Part shown: positions 9,527 to 20,261 of the stretch, in pieces
Position numbering within the stretch: position 1 is the stretch's first letter
Layout of the letters: each line of letters begins with the position of its first letter
DNA from: Geopsychrobacteraceae bacterium
GTDB taxonomy: Bacteria; Desulfobacterota; Desulfuromonadia; Desulfuromonadales; Geopsychrobacteraceae
DNA length: 64,000 nt
Reading direction: 5' to 3'
NCBI GenBank assembly: GCA_963676795.2
Contig: CAXXTB010000002.1
Span: 1,152,001 to 1,216,000 of the forward strand
Made by a program: the position numbers and the translations under genes
Notes under the pieces: model-generated
Seen by the model: only the letters and a program-made list of their open reading frames with translations
Told to the model about the DNA's origin: nothing
The model's database searches: none

Positions 9527-10342
9527 ATGCCTGAACTTCCGGAAGTCGAAACCACCCTGCGCGGGATTGAGCCCCATATCAGTCAGCGGCGGATTGTCGA
9601 GCTGGTTCTGCGTGCCGACAAGTTGCGCTATCCTCTCGACAAGGCGCTCTGCCAGGTTTTGCCCGGACAGGTCATTCTCAAGGTCACTCGCCGTGCCAAA
9701 TATCTGCTGATCGAATGTACTGACGGGACCCTGATTCTGCACCTTGGTATGTCGGGGGTGTTAAGGATTCTTGCCGCCGATACGACGGAGCAGAAGCATG
9801 ACCATGTCGACCTGATCTTTGGCGATGGGATGATGCTTCGCTTCAGCGATCCACGCCGTTTCGGGATGTTTCTGTATACGAAGGAGCCGGTCGAAGATCA
9901 TCCCCTGCTTGTCAAACTCGGTCCCGAGCCGCTTGCAGCGGAATTTGACGGGGCTTATCTCCACCAGCGCTCACGCAATAAAACCGTTGCGGTAAAACCC
10001 TTCATTATGGATCAGAGCGTGGTTGTCGGTGTCGGCAATATCTACGCCAACGAAGCGCTGTTTAGGGCCGGGATCGATCCGCGCCGACCGGCTGGGAAAG
10101 TCAGTTTCAAACGCTATGCTGCCCTGGCTGACAGGATCAAGGGAGTGCTTGCCGAAGCGATCAGTGCTGGTGGGACGACGATCAGTGATTTCAGACAGAG
10201 TGACGGCAAACCAGGTTATTTTGCCCAGGAGTTGCAGGTCTACGGTCGCAGTGGGCAGCCCTGTCCGGCCTGCTCGATGAAGATCACGAGTCTGCGCCTT
10301 GGCCAGCGTTCAACCTATTATTGTCCGCGCTGTCAACGATAA
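9527..10342 (+). CDS. mutM: formamidopyrimidine-DNA glycosylase
   Basis: MPELPEVET N-terminus, HLGMSG, GVGNIYA, C-terminal zinc finger CPAC...CPRCQ. Confidence 0.97.
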   Translation: MPELPEVETTLRGIEPHISQRRIVELVLRADKLRYPLDKALCQVLPGQVILKVTRRAKYLLIECTDGTLILHLGMSGVLRILAADTTEQKHDHVDLIFGDGMMLRFSDPRRFGMFLYTKEPVEDHPLLVKLGPEPLAAEFDGAYLHQRSRNKTVAVKPFIMDQSVVVGVGNIYANEALFRAGIDPRRPAGKVSFKRYAALADRIKGVLAEAISAGGTTISDFRQSDGKPGYFAQELQVYGRSGQPCPACSMKITSLRLGQRSTYYCPRCQR

Positions 10343-10421
10343 GAAACTGAGCGCGACAGAGAGCCGACCGGCGGATATTCAATTGTCCAGTTCCGGGCCT
10401 CTCGGCGGAGTGGTTTGTGCC

Positions 10422-10451
10422 TTGACGAAAGCGGTGCTCCGGGGTTATCGT
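10422..10451 (+). promoter_or_regulatory. candidate sigma70 promoter for lysS
   Basis: TTGACG-18bp-TATCGT about 50 bp upstream of the lysS ATG. Confidence 0.4.
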
Positions 10452-10500
10452 GCGGCACTCAATAGAACCTGATTCAGGGATAAGAATTAAGGAATGATAT

Positions 10501-11985
10501 ATGGAAGAGTTAAACGAGCTTTTGCAGCAGCGTCGGGCCAAGCTTGACAGCTTTGAGGCCGCAGGTGTCAATCCCTTTGCCAATAACTTCAAGGTTGAAA
10601 ACACCGCAGCGCAGATTCACAGTCTGCACGCTGAAGATGATAAGGAAAAACTTGAAACCCTGACCGTCAGTTACACGATCGGTGGCCGGATTATGGCCCG
10701 TCGTGACTTCGGTAAGGCTGCGTTTCTGCAGGTTCAGGATGGTAGTGGCCGGATTCAGGTTTACGTGGCCATGAACCAGATCGGTGAAGAGGCCTTTGAG
10801 CTCTTCAAGAAGCTCGATATCGGCGATATTATCGGTATCGAAGGGCAGCCGTTCAGGACCAAAACCGACGAACTGTCGCTGCGCGCCGACAAGCTGCAGC
10901 TGCTGACCAAGTCGCTGCTGCCGTTGCCTGAGAAATGGCACGGGCTGACCGATGTCGAGACCCGCTACCGTCAGCGTTACCTCGATCTGATCGTCAACCC
11001 CGAAGTGCGCGATGTCTTTCGTAAGCGCAGCCAGATCATCAACCTGATCCGCGCCTACATGATGAATAACGACTACCTCGAAGTCGAAACACCGATGCTC
11101 CAGCCGGTGGCCGGTGGTGCGACCGCCAAGCCGTTTATCACCCATCACAATACCCTGAAGATGGATCTCTACCTGCGTATTGCCCCTGAGCTGTACCTCA
11201 AGCGCCTGGTGGTCGGCGGTTTTGATCGGGTCTTCGAGATCAATCGCAGTTTCCGCAACGAAGGGATCTCGATCCGTCACAACCCGGAATTCACCATGAT
11301 GGAGTTTTACCGGGCCTATGCGACCTATCATGATCTGATGGACTACACCGAGGCGATGATCAGTGATATCGCTCAGAAGGTCTGTGGCAGCATGGTCATC
11401 CCTTACGGTGACAAGGATGTCGATCTGACCCCGCCGTGGGAGCGTCTGACCATGCGTGAGGCGATTGTCAAATACGGCAATATCTCCCTGGAGGAGCTTG
11501 AGGATCACGCCAAGGTTCTGAATTACGCCAAGTCGCTTGGTCTGGCCATCGAAGGGGAGATCGGTCACGGCAAGCTGTTGACCGAGGTTTTTGAAGAGGT
11601 CGCTGAGCCGCATCTCTGGCAGCCGACCTTTATCACCGAGTATCCGACCGAGATATCGCCGCTGTCACGTAAGAATGACGAGAAACCTGAGATTGTCGAC
11701 CGTTTCGAGCTGTTTGTTGTCGGCCGGGAGCTGGCCAATGCTTTCTCCGAGCTGAATGACCCGATCGATCAGAAGGCGCGTTTCCTGGATCAGCTTGAAG
11801 AGAAAGCCAAAGGCGATGACGAAGCCCACGAGATGGATGAAGACTACATCCGTGCTCTCGAATACGGTCTGCCGCCAACCGCCGGTGAGGGGATCGGTAT
11901 CGACCGCCTGGTTATGCTGCTGACCAATTCCTCGTCGATTCGAGACGTGCTGCTCTTCCCGCAGATGCGTCCGGAAGTCGGTTGA
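10501..11985 (+). CDS. lysS: lysyl-tRNA synthetase (class II)
   Basis: [41 protein letters not shown]. Confidence 0.98.
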   Translation: MEELNELLQQRRAKLDSFEAAGVNPFANNFKVENTAAQIHSLHAEDDKEKLETLTVSYTIGGRIMARRDFGKAAFLQVQDGSGRIQVYVAMNQIGEEAFELFKKLDIGDIIGIEGQPFRTKTDELSLRADKLQLLTKSLLPLPEKWHGLTDVETRYRQRYLDLIVNPEVRDVFRKRSQIINLIRAYMMNNDYLEVETPMLQPVAGGATAKPFITHHNTLKMDLYLRIAPELYLKRLVVGGFDRVFEINRSFRNEGISIRHNPEFTMMEFYRAYATYHDLMDYTEAMISDIAQKVCGSMVIPYGDKDVDLTPPWERLTMREAIVKYGNISLEELEDHAKVLNYAKSLGLAIEGEIGHGKLLTEVFEEVAEPHLWQPTFITEYPTEISPLSRKNDEKPEIVDRFELFVVGRELANAFSELNDPIDQKARFLDQLEEKAKGDDEAHEMDEDYIRALEYGLPPTAGEGIGIDRLVMLLTNSSSIRDVLLFPQMRPEVG

Positions 11986-11995
11986 GCGCTTATTG

Positions 11996-13243
11996 ATGGG
12001 ATACGAATGGTTAATCAGTCTCCGCTATCTTAGGGCCAAGCGGAAACAGACCTTCATCTCAGTCATCTCCTTTATCTCCATCGCCGGGGTCACCCTCGGC
12101 GTTGCGGCGCTGATACTGGTCCTGGCGGTCATGACCGGCTTTACAGACGGGGTCAGGAAGCAGATCCTGGGGAATGTTCCGCATGTGCTGGTCCAGCATT
12201 ATGGCGATGCGATCCACAATGCCGACGAAATTGTTGCTGCGGCGGAGCAGATCGAGCAGGTCCGTTCCGCCGTTCCCTACGTTTCCAAGGAGGCGATGCT
12301 GCTGTCGAAGGGGAATGTCGCAGCCGTCAGCATCAAGGGGATCGACACGCAGCACAGGATTTTCAGTCAGCCTCTGCTGACTCTCGACGGGCAGCCGGCT
12401 GCAGAGACGTTCTTCGCCGCCGATGCCGTTCGTCCCGGTATCGTCATCGGTGCAGACACGGCCGCATCGCTGGGGATCAGCGTCGGCGATTCGGTGAATG
12501 TCATCCCGCCGCTTTTCAATATTACCCCTTTCGGCATGGTCCCGAAAATGAAACCATTCCAGGTTGTGGCCATTTTTGAAAAGCAGAGCAGCCTGATTGA
12601 CAGCTTCTACGCCTATATTCCGCTGCAGACTGCCCAGAGCTTCTTTGAGATGGATGGTGTCAGCGGTGTCGAGATCGAAGTTGCCCTGTTCGAACAGGCT
12701 CCTGCAGTGGCTGGTCTTTTGGCTCAGCAGTTTCCCTTTCCTTATGTGGTGCGCTCCTGGCAGGCGATGTACGGTTCGTTCCTGTCAGCCCTCAAACTGG
12801 AAAAACTGGGGCTGTTTATCGTTCTCGGGATTATTGTCCTGGTTGCAGCGTTCAATATCGCCACAACCCTGATCATGGTCGTCATGGAGAAGAACCGGGA
12901 TATTGCCATATTGCGGGCTATGGGTGCGAACGCCCGCAGCATCATGAAGATCTTTCTCTTTGAAGGGCTGATTATCGGCACCGTCGGAACCGGGCTCGGA
13001 GCCCTGATCGGGGTTGTCCTGGCCTACTACGCCGATCCGATCATCAAGTTTCTGGAGCAGAGCTTTGGTATCCGTATCTTTGATCAGAGCGTCTACGGGA
13101 TGGAACACTTCCCATCGCAAATCGTCGTTTCGGATGTTGTCTCCGTTGTCGTCATGGCCATGCTGATCTCTCTGCTGGCAACACTTTATCCGGCCTGGAG
13201 AGCTTCCCGGATGGATCCTGCCGAGGCGCTGCGTTATGAATAA
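11996..13243 (+). CDS. lolE: lipoprotein-releasing ABC transporter permease LolC/E
   Basis: [43 protein letters not shown]; adjacent to lolD. Confidence 0.93.
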   Translation: MGYEWLISLRYLRAKRKQTFISVISFISIAGVTLGVAALILVLAVMTGFTDGVRKQILGNVPHVLVQHYGDAIHNADEIVAAAEQIEQVRSAVPYVSKEAMLLSKGNVAAVSIKGIDTQHRIFSQPLLTLDGQPAAETFFAADAVRPGIVIGADTAASLGISVGDSVNVIPPLFNITPFGMVPKMKPFQVVAIFEKQSSLIDSFYAYIPLQTAQSFFEMDGVSGVEIEVALFEQAPAVAGLLAQQFPFPYVVRSWQAMYGSFLSALKLEKLGLFIVLGIIVLVAAFNIATTLIMVVMEKNRDIAILRAMGANARSIMKIFLFEGLIIGTVGTGLGALIGVVLAYYADPIIKFLEQSFGIRIFDQSVYGMEHFPSQIVVSDVVSVVVMAMLISLLATLYPAWRASRMDPAEALRYE

Positions 13244-13928
13244 TGCGCCACTGATCAAGGTTTCCGGACTGAAAAAAGCGTTTAAAACGCCAGGTGGGAC
13301 CGTCGACGTCCTGCGCGGTATTGATGTTGAGATCAGGGCAGGGGAGCGCGTCGCTGTTGTCGGCACGTCCGGTGCGGGAAAGACCACCCTGATGCATATT
13401 CTGGGGGGGCTGGACCATCCAAGTGCCGGCCAGGTTCTTTACGCAGGTGAGGACCTCTTCGCACTGCGTGGTACGGCTCTGGATGCATTCCGTAATGCCA
13501 GTATCGGCTTCGTTTTTCAATTTCATCAACTGCTGCCTGAATTTTCGGCGCTGGAAAATGTCATGATGCCGTTGCTGATTGGCGGCATGGCACGTTCACT
13601 GTCTCAGCAACGAGCCTCAAACCTGCTGAGCGAAGTTGGCCTTGCGCACCGGCTCGACCACAAACCCGGAGCGCTGTCGGGGGGGGAGCAGCAACGCGTT
13701 GCCATTGCCCGAGCCCTGATCAAGGAGCCCAAACTGCTGCTTGCAGATGAGCCGACGGGCAATCTCGACTCGGTGACCTCGGGGGAGATCATGATGCTGC
13801 TCAATCAGATGCATCAATCCCGGGGACTGACGATGATCATCGTGACCCACAGTCGTCCATTGGCGGACAGCCTGGATCGGGTGTTACGAATTGAAGACGG
13901 TATTCTGGTCGAGGATCTTTTAAATTGA
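13236..13928 (+). CDS. lolD: lipoprotein-releasing ABC transporter ATPase
   Basis: Walker [51 protein letters not shown]. Confidence 0.95.
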   Translation: MNNAPLIKVSGLKKAFKTPGGTVDVLRGIDVEIRAGERVAVVGTSGAGKTTLMHILGGLDHPSAGQVLYAGEDLFALRGTALDAFRNASIGFVFQFHQLLPEFSALENVMMPLLIGGMARSLSQQRASNLLSEVGLAHRLDHKPGALSGGEQQRVAIARALIKEPKLLLADEPTGNLDSVTSGEIMMLLNQMHQSRGLTMIIVTHSRPLADSLDRVLRIEDGILVEDLLN

Positions 13929-13953
13929 AGTCGGTGGGCTCTTTCCCTATAAT
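13925..13953 (+). promoter_or_regulatory. sigma70 promoter for bamA-skp-lpxD-fabZ-lpxA
   Basis: TTGAAG-17bp-TATAAT, 33 bp upstream of the bamA ATG; the -35 overlaps the lolD stop codon. Confidence 0.65.
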
Positions 13954-13986
13954 TCACCTTTTACTTTTGCCACGCAAGGACGCCTG

Positions 13987-16221
13987 ATGTTGAAAAGACT
14001 GTACCTTTTATGCTTGATTCTGTTGTCAGCGGCAACCGCTTTGGCGGGAGATTTTACGGTATCCGATATTCAGATCAGCGGTAACAGTCGTGTCGCCGAG
14101 TCGACTATCTTCAACGTCATACATATCAGCCCCGGCGACTCAGTCAGCGTAGGTGACATTGACCAAGCTGTTCATGATGTCTACGCCCTGGGGAGTTTCA
14201 AGGATGTCGGTGCTGAAGTTGTGGAGGTCAATGGCCTTGAGACTCTGGTTTTTTCCGTTGAAGAACTTCCCGTTATCAGAAATGTAGAATACGCGGGGAT
14301 CAAAGACGTCAAGCGGGACAAGCTCGCTCCTCTGCTCAAGGTCAGAATCCCATCGATTTACAACAAGGCAAAAATTGACGAAAGTATCAGCGAATTCCGC
14401 AACGTCTATATCGAAGACGGTTATCACGCGGTAAAGATCACCACCGAGTTGCGGACTGATGTCAATAACGAAGCGACTCTGATCTTCCACGTTGACGAAG
14501 GCGACAAGGTGCTGATTCGTGACATCACCTTTGTCGGGACAACCGTCTTCAAAAAGAAAGAACTGCTCAAGAAGATGGAAACCAAGGAAAAGTGGTTTCT
14601 TTCCTGGCTGACCGGTCGCGGAGCTTACCTCAAGGACGCCATGGAGCTCGACGTCGAGCGCATCAAGATGGCCTACCAGGATGTCGGCTATCAGGATGTC
14701 AAGGTCAAACCGGCGGATGTCACGCTGGTTGATGATAAATACCTGCAGGTTGTCATCGAGGTTGAAGAGGGGCTGCAGTATCATGTCGGTGATATCACGA
14801 TCTCCGGTGATATGATGAAGACTGAAGACGAGTTGAAGGAGCTCCTCAAGCTCAAGTCTGGTGATGTTTTCAGTCGTTCTGAATTACGCAACAGTATCGT
14901 CCGTTTGACCGACCTCTATGCTGACAGCGGTTATGCCTATGCCAATGTCACCCCTCTCACCAACAAGAATAGTGAAAAGCTGCTGGTCGGTTTCGAGCTG
15001 AATATCGAGCAGGGCCGCCAGTATCACGTCACTGAGATTCGTATCCACGGCAATACCAAGACCCGGGACAAGGTTATCAGACGTGAAATCTCGCTGCTGG
15101 AAGGTGAGCTGTATAACGCCACCAAGGTCAAGGCAGCGAACCGGAGAATTCGTAACCTCGGTTTCTTCGAGGAGGTGAACCTGACCAACAAGCCGGGCAG
15201 TGAACCGGACAGTTTGGTGCTGGATGTCGATGTTTCCGAACAGCCAACCGGGACCTTCTCTGTCGGCGCTGGGTACTCTTCAGCCGATGGCCCGGTCTTT
15301 CAGGGGTCTGTCTCGCAGGACAACTTCATGGGTTACGGCGTCAATGTTTCCATCGGTGGCACCTTCGGCGGCTCGAGTACTACCTACACCCTGTCCGTTT
15401 CGGACCCGCACTTTCTCGATACCGACTGGTTTCTGGGTGGTGAGATCTATAAATCAGAGTACGAGTATTCTGATTACGATGATTACCGCACCGGTGGCGC
15501 TATCAAAGGGGGGCACCCTCTTTCGGAGAACGTGAAATTCTATCTGACCTACCGCTTTGAGCAGAAGGAGATCTCTGATGTCGATGACGATGCGTCTGCA
15601 ACGGTCAAGGATGCGGAAGGGGAGTCGACCCTGTCGTCCCTGACGGCCGATCTGGTGCGCAACAGTACGGACAACTATCAGGATCCGAGTAAGGGGGGGA
15701 TTACCAAGCTGAGCCTCGAGTTCGCCGGTCTCGGAGGAACCGAGAACTTTCTCAAGGGGATTGCTGATCACCGTCACTTCTTTCCGGTGATCGGAGACAC
15801 TGTATTCTCCGTCCACGGCTCGATTGGCTATATCATGAAAACCTGGACAGATGATGATATCCCGATGAGCGAAAAGTTCTTCCTCGGCGGAATCCGTACC
15901 CTGCGTGGCTTTGAGTCCCGAGAGGTCGGTCCTATGGAAGATGGCGACTATATCGGCGGCGAGAAGATGGCATATGCCAATTTCGAGTATATTTTTCCAA
16001 TTGCCAAGGATATGGGTTTCAAAGGGGTACTGTTTTATGATATCGGCAACGCCTGGGGCGAAGACGAGGACTATTTCTCCGATCTGCGCCACAGTGCCGG
16101 TGCCGGTATCCGTTGGTTGAGTCCGCTCGGGCCGCTGCGCTTTGAATGGGGTTATAATCTCGATCCACGTGATGGGGAGAAACGCTCTGTATTTGAATTT
16201 ACAATCGGAAAAGCCTTTTAA
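13987..16221 (+). CDS. bamA: outer membrane protein assembly factor BamA
   Basis: Signal peptide, POTRA repeats (GNTKTRDKVIRRE), LRGF loop-6 motif, SPLGPLRFEWG, terminal F. Confidence 0.96.
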   Translation: MLKRLYLLCLILLSAATALAGDFTVSDIQISGNSRVAESTIFNVIHISPGDSVSVGDIDQAVHDVYALGSFKDVGAEVVEVNGLETLVFSVEELPVIRNVEYAGIKDVKRDKLAPLLKVRIPSIYNKAKIDESISEFRNVYIEDGYHAVKITTELRTDVNNEATLIFHVDEGDKVLIRDITFVGTTVFKKKELLKKMETKEKWFLSWLTGRGAYLKDAMELDVERIKMAYQDVGYQDVKVKPADVTLVDDKYLQVVIEVEEGLQYHVGDITISGDMMKTEDELKELLKLKSGDVFSRSELRNSIVRLTDLYADSGYAYANVTPLTNKNSEKLLVGFELNIEQGRQYHVTEIRIHGNTKTRDKVIRREISLLEGELYNATKVKAANRRIRNLGFFEEVNLTNKPGSEPDSLVLDVDVSEQPTGTFSVGAGYSSADGPVFQGSVSQDNFMGYGVNVSIGGTFGGSSTTYTLSVSDPHFLDTDWFLGGEIYKSEYEYSDYDDYRTGGAIKGGHPLSENVKFYLTYRFEQKEISDVDDDASATVKDAEGESTLSSLTADLVRNSTDNYQDPSKGGITKLSLEFAGLGGTENFLKGIADHRHFFPVIGDTVFSVHGSIGYIMKTWTDDDIPMSEKFFLGGIRTLRGFESREVGPMEDGDYIGGEKMAYANFEYIFPIAKDMGFKGVLFYDIGNAWGEDEDYFSDLRHSAGAGIRWLSPLGPLRFEWGYNLDPRDGEKRSVFEFTIGKAF

Positions 16222-16237
16222 GGCGTAATTTCAGGAG

Positions 16238-16744
16238 ATGATGATGAAAAGACTTTTGATTGCTATTATTGCCCTTTCCCTGTTCGCTGTTCCTGCTCTG
16301 GCGGAAACCAAGATTGCCCGGGTCGATATGCAGAAAGCTCTCAATGCCTGTGATGCAGGCAAGGATGCCAAGAAGCAGATCGATGCACTGGTTCAGAAAT
16401 ATGAAGGCGACTTCAAGCTCAAGCAGGACGCTATCACCGCAATGCAGAAGGATCTGGAAAAAGAGGCTGCGGTGCTTTCCGACAGCGCCAAGCAGGAAAA
16501 AGCCAAGGAATATCAGCAGAAGGTTATCGAGATCACCCAGTTGCGCAAGAAAATCCAGGATGAACTGAAAGCCAAAGATAAAGAGCTGACCAATAAAATT
16601 CTGGAAGAGCTCTATGCCGAGCTGGAAGTAATCAGCAAGAAGAAGGGTTATAACCTGGTCCTGAATGAAGGGGTCTTCATGTATGCTGATGGCAGTATCG
16701 AGGACCTGACCCAGGCCGTTGTCGACGCCCATAACGCAAAATAA
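16238..16744 (+). CDS. skp: periplasmic chaperone Skp/OmpH
   Basis: Signal peptide, KIARVDMQK, long coiled coil, GYNLVL...DLT; between bamA and lpxD. Confidence 0.9.
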   Translation: MMMKRLLIAIIALSLFAVPALAETKIARVDMQKALNACDAGKDAKKQIDALVQKYEGDFKLKQDAITAMQKDLEKEAAVLSDSAKQEKAKEYQQKVIEITQLRKKIQDELKAKDKELTNKILEELYAELEVISKKKGYNLVLNEGVFMYADGSIEDLTQAVVDAHNAK

Positions 16745-16760
16745 GATTACAGGGATTAGT

Positions 16761-17792
16761 ATGGCAACTTTGCAGGTACTGGCGGAACTGGTTGGTGGAA
16801 CATTGGCTGGTGATCCCGGGGTTGAGATCGATCATGTCGCTCCGATCGATCAGGCCGGCCCCGGATCAATCACCTTTGTCGCCAATCCCAAATACCTGAG
16901 CAAACTTCAGGATTGCCAGGCAACTGCGGTCATCCTGGCGCCTGGCATTGAGAGTCCTATTGAGAACCTGATAATCTGCAAGAACCCCTACCTGGCATTT
17001 GCCCGGATTCTGACCCATCTGCATGTTCCGGATCTGCCAGAACTGGGTATTTTGGCAGGGGCAACTGTTGCGGATTCTGCCCAGATCGATCAATCTGTGA
17101 CCATTTATCCGGGCTGTGTCGTCGGTGAGCGGGTCAGGATCGGTTCGGGGACGACCCTTTATCCGGGGGTTGTTATCTATGATGATGTCCTGATTGGTGA
17201 GAAGTGTATTCTGCATGCCAATACCGTAGTCAGAGAGCGTTGCAGGTTAGGGGACAGGGTGATTCTGCAGCCTGGTGCAATTATCGGTTCTGATGGCTTC
17301 GGGTTTGCTCCTGATGGTCAGTCCTACTATAAGATCCCGCAGGTTGGGATCGTTGTCCTTGAGGACGATGTTGAGATCGGCGCGGCAACCTGTGTGGACC
17401 GGGCGGCGATGGGCGAGACACTGGTCGGACGTGGTACCAAGCTGGATAACCTGGTGCAGATCGCGCACAATGTGCGCATCGGTGAAGATTGTATCATCGT
17501 TTCGCAGGTCGGCATCGCCGGAAGTACCCAGGTCGGCAATCACTGCACCTTTGGCGGGCAGACGGCAATCGCCGGTCATTTGAAGATCGGTGAAAATGTC
17601 ATGATCGGTGCCAGAGGCGGTGCGGCGGGAAATGTTGAGCCGAATCAGGTGATGTCCGGAGCGCCTTTGCTGCCGCATAAGCAGTGGCAGAAAGCGGCGA
17701 TGACCTTTGGCAAGTTGCCGGAAATGCGTAAAGATATGCAGTTAATGAAAAAACGCCTGGAAGAACTTGAGGCGCTTTTAAAGGAGGATTAG
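16761..17792 (+). CDS. lpxD: UDP-3-O-acyl-glucosamine N-acyltransferase
   Basis: [26 protein letters not shown], hexapeptide repeats; start moved to ATG 16761. Confidence 0.96.
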   Translation: MATLQVLAELVGGTLAGDPGVEIDHVAPIDQAGPGSITFVANPKYLSKLQDCQATAVILAPGIESPIENLIICKNPYLAFARILTHLHVPDLPELGILAGATVADSAQIDQSVTIYPGCVVGERVRIGSGTTLYPGVVIYDDVLIGEKCILHANTVVRERCRLGDRVILQPGAIIGSDGFGFAPDGQSYYKIPQVGIVVLEDDVEIGAATCVDRAAMGETLVGRGTKLDNLVQIAHNVRIGEDCIIVSQVGIAGSTQVGNHCTFGGQTAIAGHLKIGENVMIGARGGAAGNVEPNQVMSGAPLLPHKQWQKAAMTFGKLPEMRKDMQLMKKRLEELEALLKED

Positions 17793-17798
17793 TAAAGT

Positions 17799-18236
17799 AT
17801 GATTACAATGAACATTCAGCAGATTATGGCGATTTTGCCACATCGATATCCTTTTCTGCTGGTTGACAGGATAGAAGAGGTTGAAGAGGGGAAAAAGGCT
17901 AACGGCTATAAGAACGTCACAATCAATGAGCCGTTTTTTCAGGGGCATTTTCCCGAACATCCGATCATGCCCGGCGTGCTGATTATCGAAGCCATGGCCC
18001 AGGTCGGCGGTGCCTATGTCTCCGTTCTTGACCAGATCGGAGATGATAAGGTCACCTATTTTGCCGGCATCGACAATGCACGTTTCCGTAAACCCGTGCT
18101 GCCTGGAGATGTACTGCGCATGGAGCTGGAACTGGTTTCCAAACGCCGCGGTATCTATATGTTCAGCGGCAAAGCCTATGTTGGTGATACCCTGGTTGCT
18201 GAAGCTGACCTCAAGGCAACCTTTGCGGACAAATAA
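17799..18236 (+). CDS. fabZ: 3-hydroxyacyl-ACP dehydratase
   Basis: LPHRYPFLLVD, FFQGHFP, PGVLIIEAMAQ. Confidence 0.97.
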   Translation: MITMNIQQIMAILPHRYPFLLVDRIEEVEEGKKANGYKNVTINEPFFQGHFPEHPIMPGVLIIEAMAQVGGAYVSVLDQIGDDKVTYFAGIDNARFRKPVLPGDVLRMELELVSKRRGIYMFSGKAYVGDTLVAEADLKATFADK

Positions 18237-18253
18237 GAAGAAAGCAGTCTATT

Positions 18254-19027
18254 ATGATTCATCCAACCGCAATCATCGCTCCGGGGGCTGATCTGGATTC
18301 CACAGTCACAGTCGGTCCCTACGCTGTTATTGGTGAACATGTCAAGATCGGTGCCGGTACAACCATCGGTCCACATACCGTTATTGAAGGACGAACAGAG
18401 ATCGGTTGCGATAATCAGATTTTTCAGTTCTCTTCGATCGGAGCCGTACCTCAGGATCTGAAATTTCGAGGTGAAGAATCGACCCTTAAAATCGGTGACC
18501 GCAACAAGATCCGCGAGTTTACTACGATACATCTCGGTACAGCCGACGGCGCCAACGAAACTGTTGTCGGCAACGATTGTCTGTTCATGGCCTATAGTCA
18601 CGTCGCTCATGACTGCATCGTCGGCAATCATGTGATCCTGGCCAACGCGGCGACCCTGGCCGGTCATGTCGAAGTCGGAGACTTCGCCATTCTGGGTGGC
18701 TTGAGCGCAGTACATCAGTTCACCCGTATCGGCTGCCATGTGATGGCCAGTGGTGGATCGATGATCGCTCAGGATGTCGCTCCCTACTCAATTGTTCAGG
18801 GAGACCGCGCGACGACGGTTGGTGTCAATCTGACCGGCTTGAAGCGGCGTGGATTTTCCAAAGAGGCGCTGGCGAATATTAAAAACATGTATAAGCTCGT
18901 CTTCCGATCAGGACTGAAATTGGACGAAGCAATCATTGAGATTGAAAAAAACTGCGATCCTCAGGCAGATGAAGTCAGGGGATATGTCGAGTTTTTACGC
19001 AAGAGTGAACGTGGCCTGGCGCGCTGA
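18254..19027 (+). CDS. lpxA: UDP-N-acetylglucosamine acyltransferase
   Basis: MIHPTAII, PQDLKF, HVAHDC, LAGHV, VHQF. Confidence 0.97.
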   Translation: MIHPTAIIAPGADLDSTVTVGPYAVIGEHVKIGAGTTIGPHTVIEGRTEIGCDNQIFQFSSIGAVPQDLKFRGEESTLKIGDRNKIREFTTIHLGTADGANETVVGNDCLFMAYSHVAHDCIVGNHVILANAATLAGHVEVGDFAILGGLSAVHQFTRIGCHVMASGGSMIAQDVAPYSIVQGDRATTVGVNLTGLKRRGFSKEALANIKNMYKLVFRSGLKLDEAIIEIEKNCDPQADEVRGYVEFLRKSERGLAR

Positions 19028-19056
19028 GTCTGAAGAGCATATCTGTTGCAAATGTT

Positions 19057-19089
19057 GCGAGGCCATTGGTGCCTCGCCTTTTGTTTTTT
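19057..19089 (+). terminator. intrinsic-terminator-like hairpin between lpxA and lpxB
   Basis: GCGAGGC-cattggt-GCCTCGC followed by CTTTTGTTTTTT. Confidence 0.55.
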
Positions 19090-19100
19090 AGGAAGGTTCT

Positions 19101-20261
19101 ATGAGCAGCAGGGAACAACAGAATAGACGTATCATGATTGTTGCCGGAGAATCTTCTGGCGATTTGCACGGCAGCAATCTTATCAAAGCCGCAGCCAGGC
19201 TCTGTCCGAATTTGAGCTTCTTCGGTGTCGGCGGCCCCCGCATGGAGATGGCCGGCTGTCGAATTATCATTCCTTCCGATGAGTTGTCTGTGATGGGGGT
19301 TGTTGAGGTCCTCAAACAGTTGCCCCGTATCTATCGTTATTTTCGTCAGTTAAAGAAAATATTAAGAAGTAACTCTCGGCCTGATCTTCTGGTATTGATC
19401 GATTTTCCTGATTTTAATCTCAGGTTGGCAAAGGTTGCCAAGTCTTTGGGTATTCCGGTTTTATATTATATAACGCCCAAGGTTTGGGCCTGGCGGCGTG
19501 GAAGAGCAAAAACGATTGCAGAGAATACAGATCATTTAGCGCTGATTTTTCCATTTGAACCTGAGATCTTTCGCCCGTTGGGAGTTGCTGCCGAATACGT
19601 TGGTAATCCTTTGCTGGATGAATTTGTTGAGAACCAGCCGTCAGGTGATTTGCGAGATAAACTTGGTTTTGGCAAAGACGAACAGGTTGTCGGTATCTTT
19701 CCCGGGAGTCGTAACTCTGAGGTTCAAAATATTTTTTCTTCTCTTGTGGAAACGATGAAACTGATTCATCGCAGAAAGCCGCAGGTCAAATTTCTGTTGC
19801 CGATCGCTCCTTCTCTGCCGCGTGAAGTTTTTGAGTCAAGATTGGCACAGACCGGATTGCCGATTCATCTCCTCGATGAAAATATTTATGAAGTCGCTAC
19901 AGCCTGTGACGCGGTACTGACTGTTTCCGGGACTGTTACTTTGCAGCTCGCTCTGGTCGCTACACCGATGGCAATTCTCTATAAGATATCGCCATTAAGT
20001 TACGCAATTGGAAAACGCTTGGTGAAAATCAGTTTTGCAGGTTTGACAAATATTGTGGCAGGGCGTGAAATCGTCAGAGAATTTATCCAGGACGCTGCAG
20101 AACCCTCAGCAATGTGTGATGAGATAAACCGTTTGCTTGACGACGATTCATATTCAAGCGATGTGCGTGAAAAATTAAATGAAGTCAAACAGTTACTTGG
20201 AAGTTCTGGGTGCTCGGAACGGGTAGTGGGAATTATTGGTAACTTGTTGGCCAAGGCATGA
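19101..20261 (+). CDS. lpxB: lipid-A-disaccharide synthase
   Basis: AGESSGDLHG, IDFPDFN, PKVWAWR, PGSR, SGTVTL. Confidence 0.96.
   Translation: MSSREQQNRRIMIVAGESSGDLHGSNLIKAAARLCPNLSFFGVGGPRMEMAGCRIIIPSDELSVMGVVEVLKQLPRIYRYFRQLKKILRSNSRPDLLVLIDFPDFNLRLAKVAKSLGIPVLYYITPKVWAWRRGRAKTIAENTDHLALIFPFEPEIFRPLGVAAEYVGNPLLDEFVENQPSGDLRDKLGFGKDEQVVGIFPGSRNSEVQNIFSSLVETMKLIHRRKPQVKFLLPIAPSLPREVFESRLAQTGLPIHLLDENIYEVATACDAVLTVSGTVTLQLALVATPMAILYKISPLSYAIGKRLVKISFAGLTNIVAGREIVREFIQDAAEPSAMCDEINRLLDDDSYSSDVREKLNEVKQLLGSSGCSERVVGIIGNLLAKA

Noticed and set aside
10356..10403. Imperfect hairpin between mutM and lysS as a possible riboswitch or T-box
   Set aside because: Too short, lies upstream of the candidate lysS promoter, and has no lysine-riboswitch or T-box consensus.
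10510..11613. 367-aa antisense ORF over lysS (likewise 57779..58903 over pyrD, 5299..6102, 48632..49375, 59091..59939 and others)
   Set aside because: Shadow ORFs opposite well-conserved genes; expected from codon bias in GC-rich DNA; no recognisable motifs.
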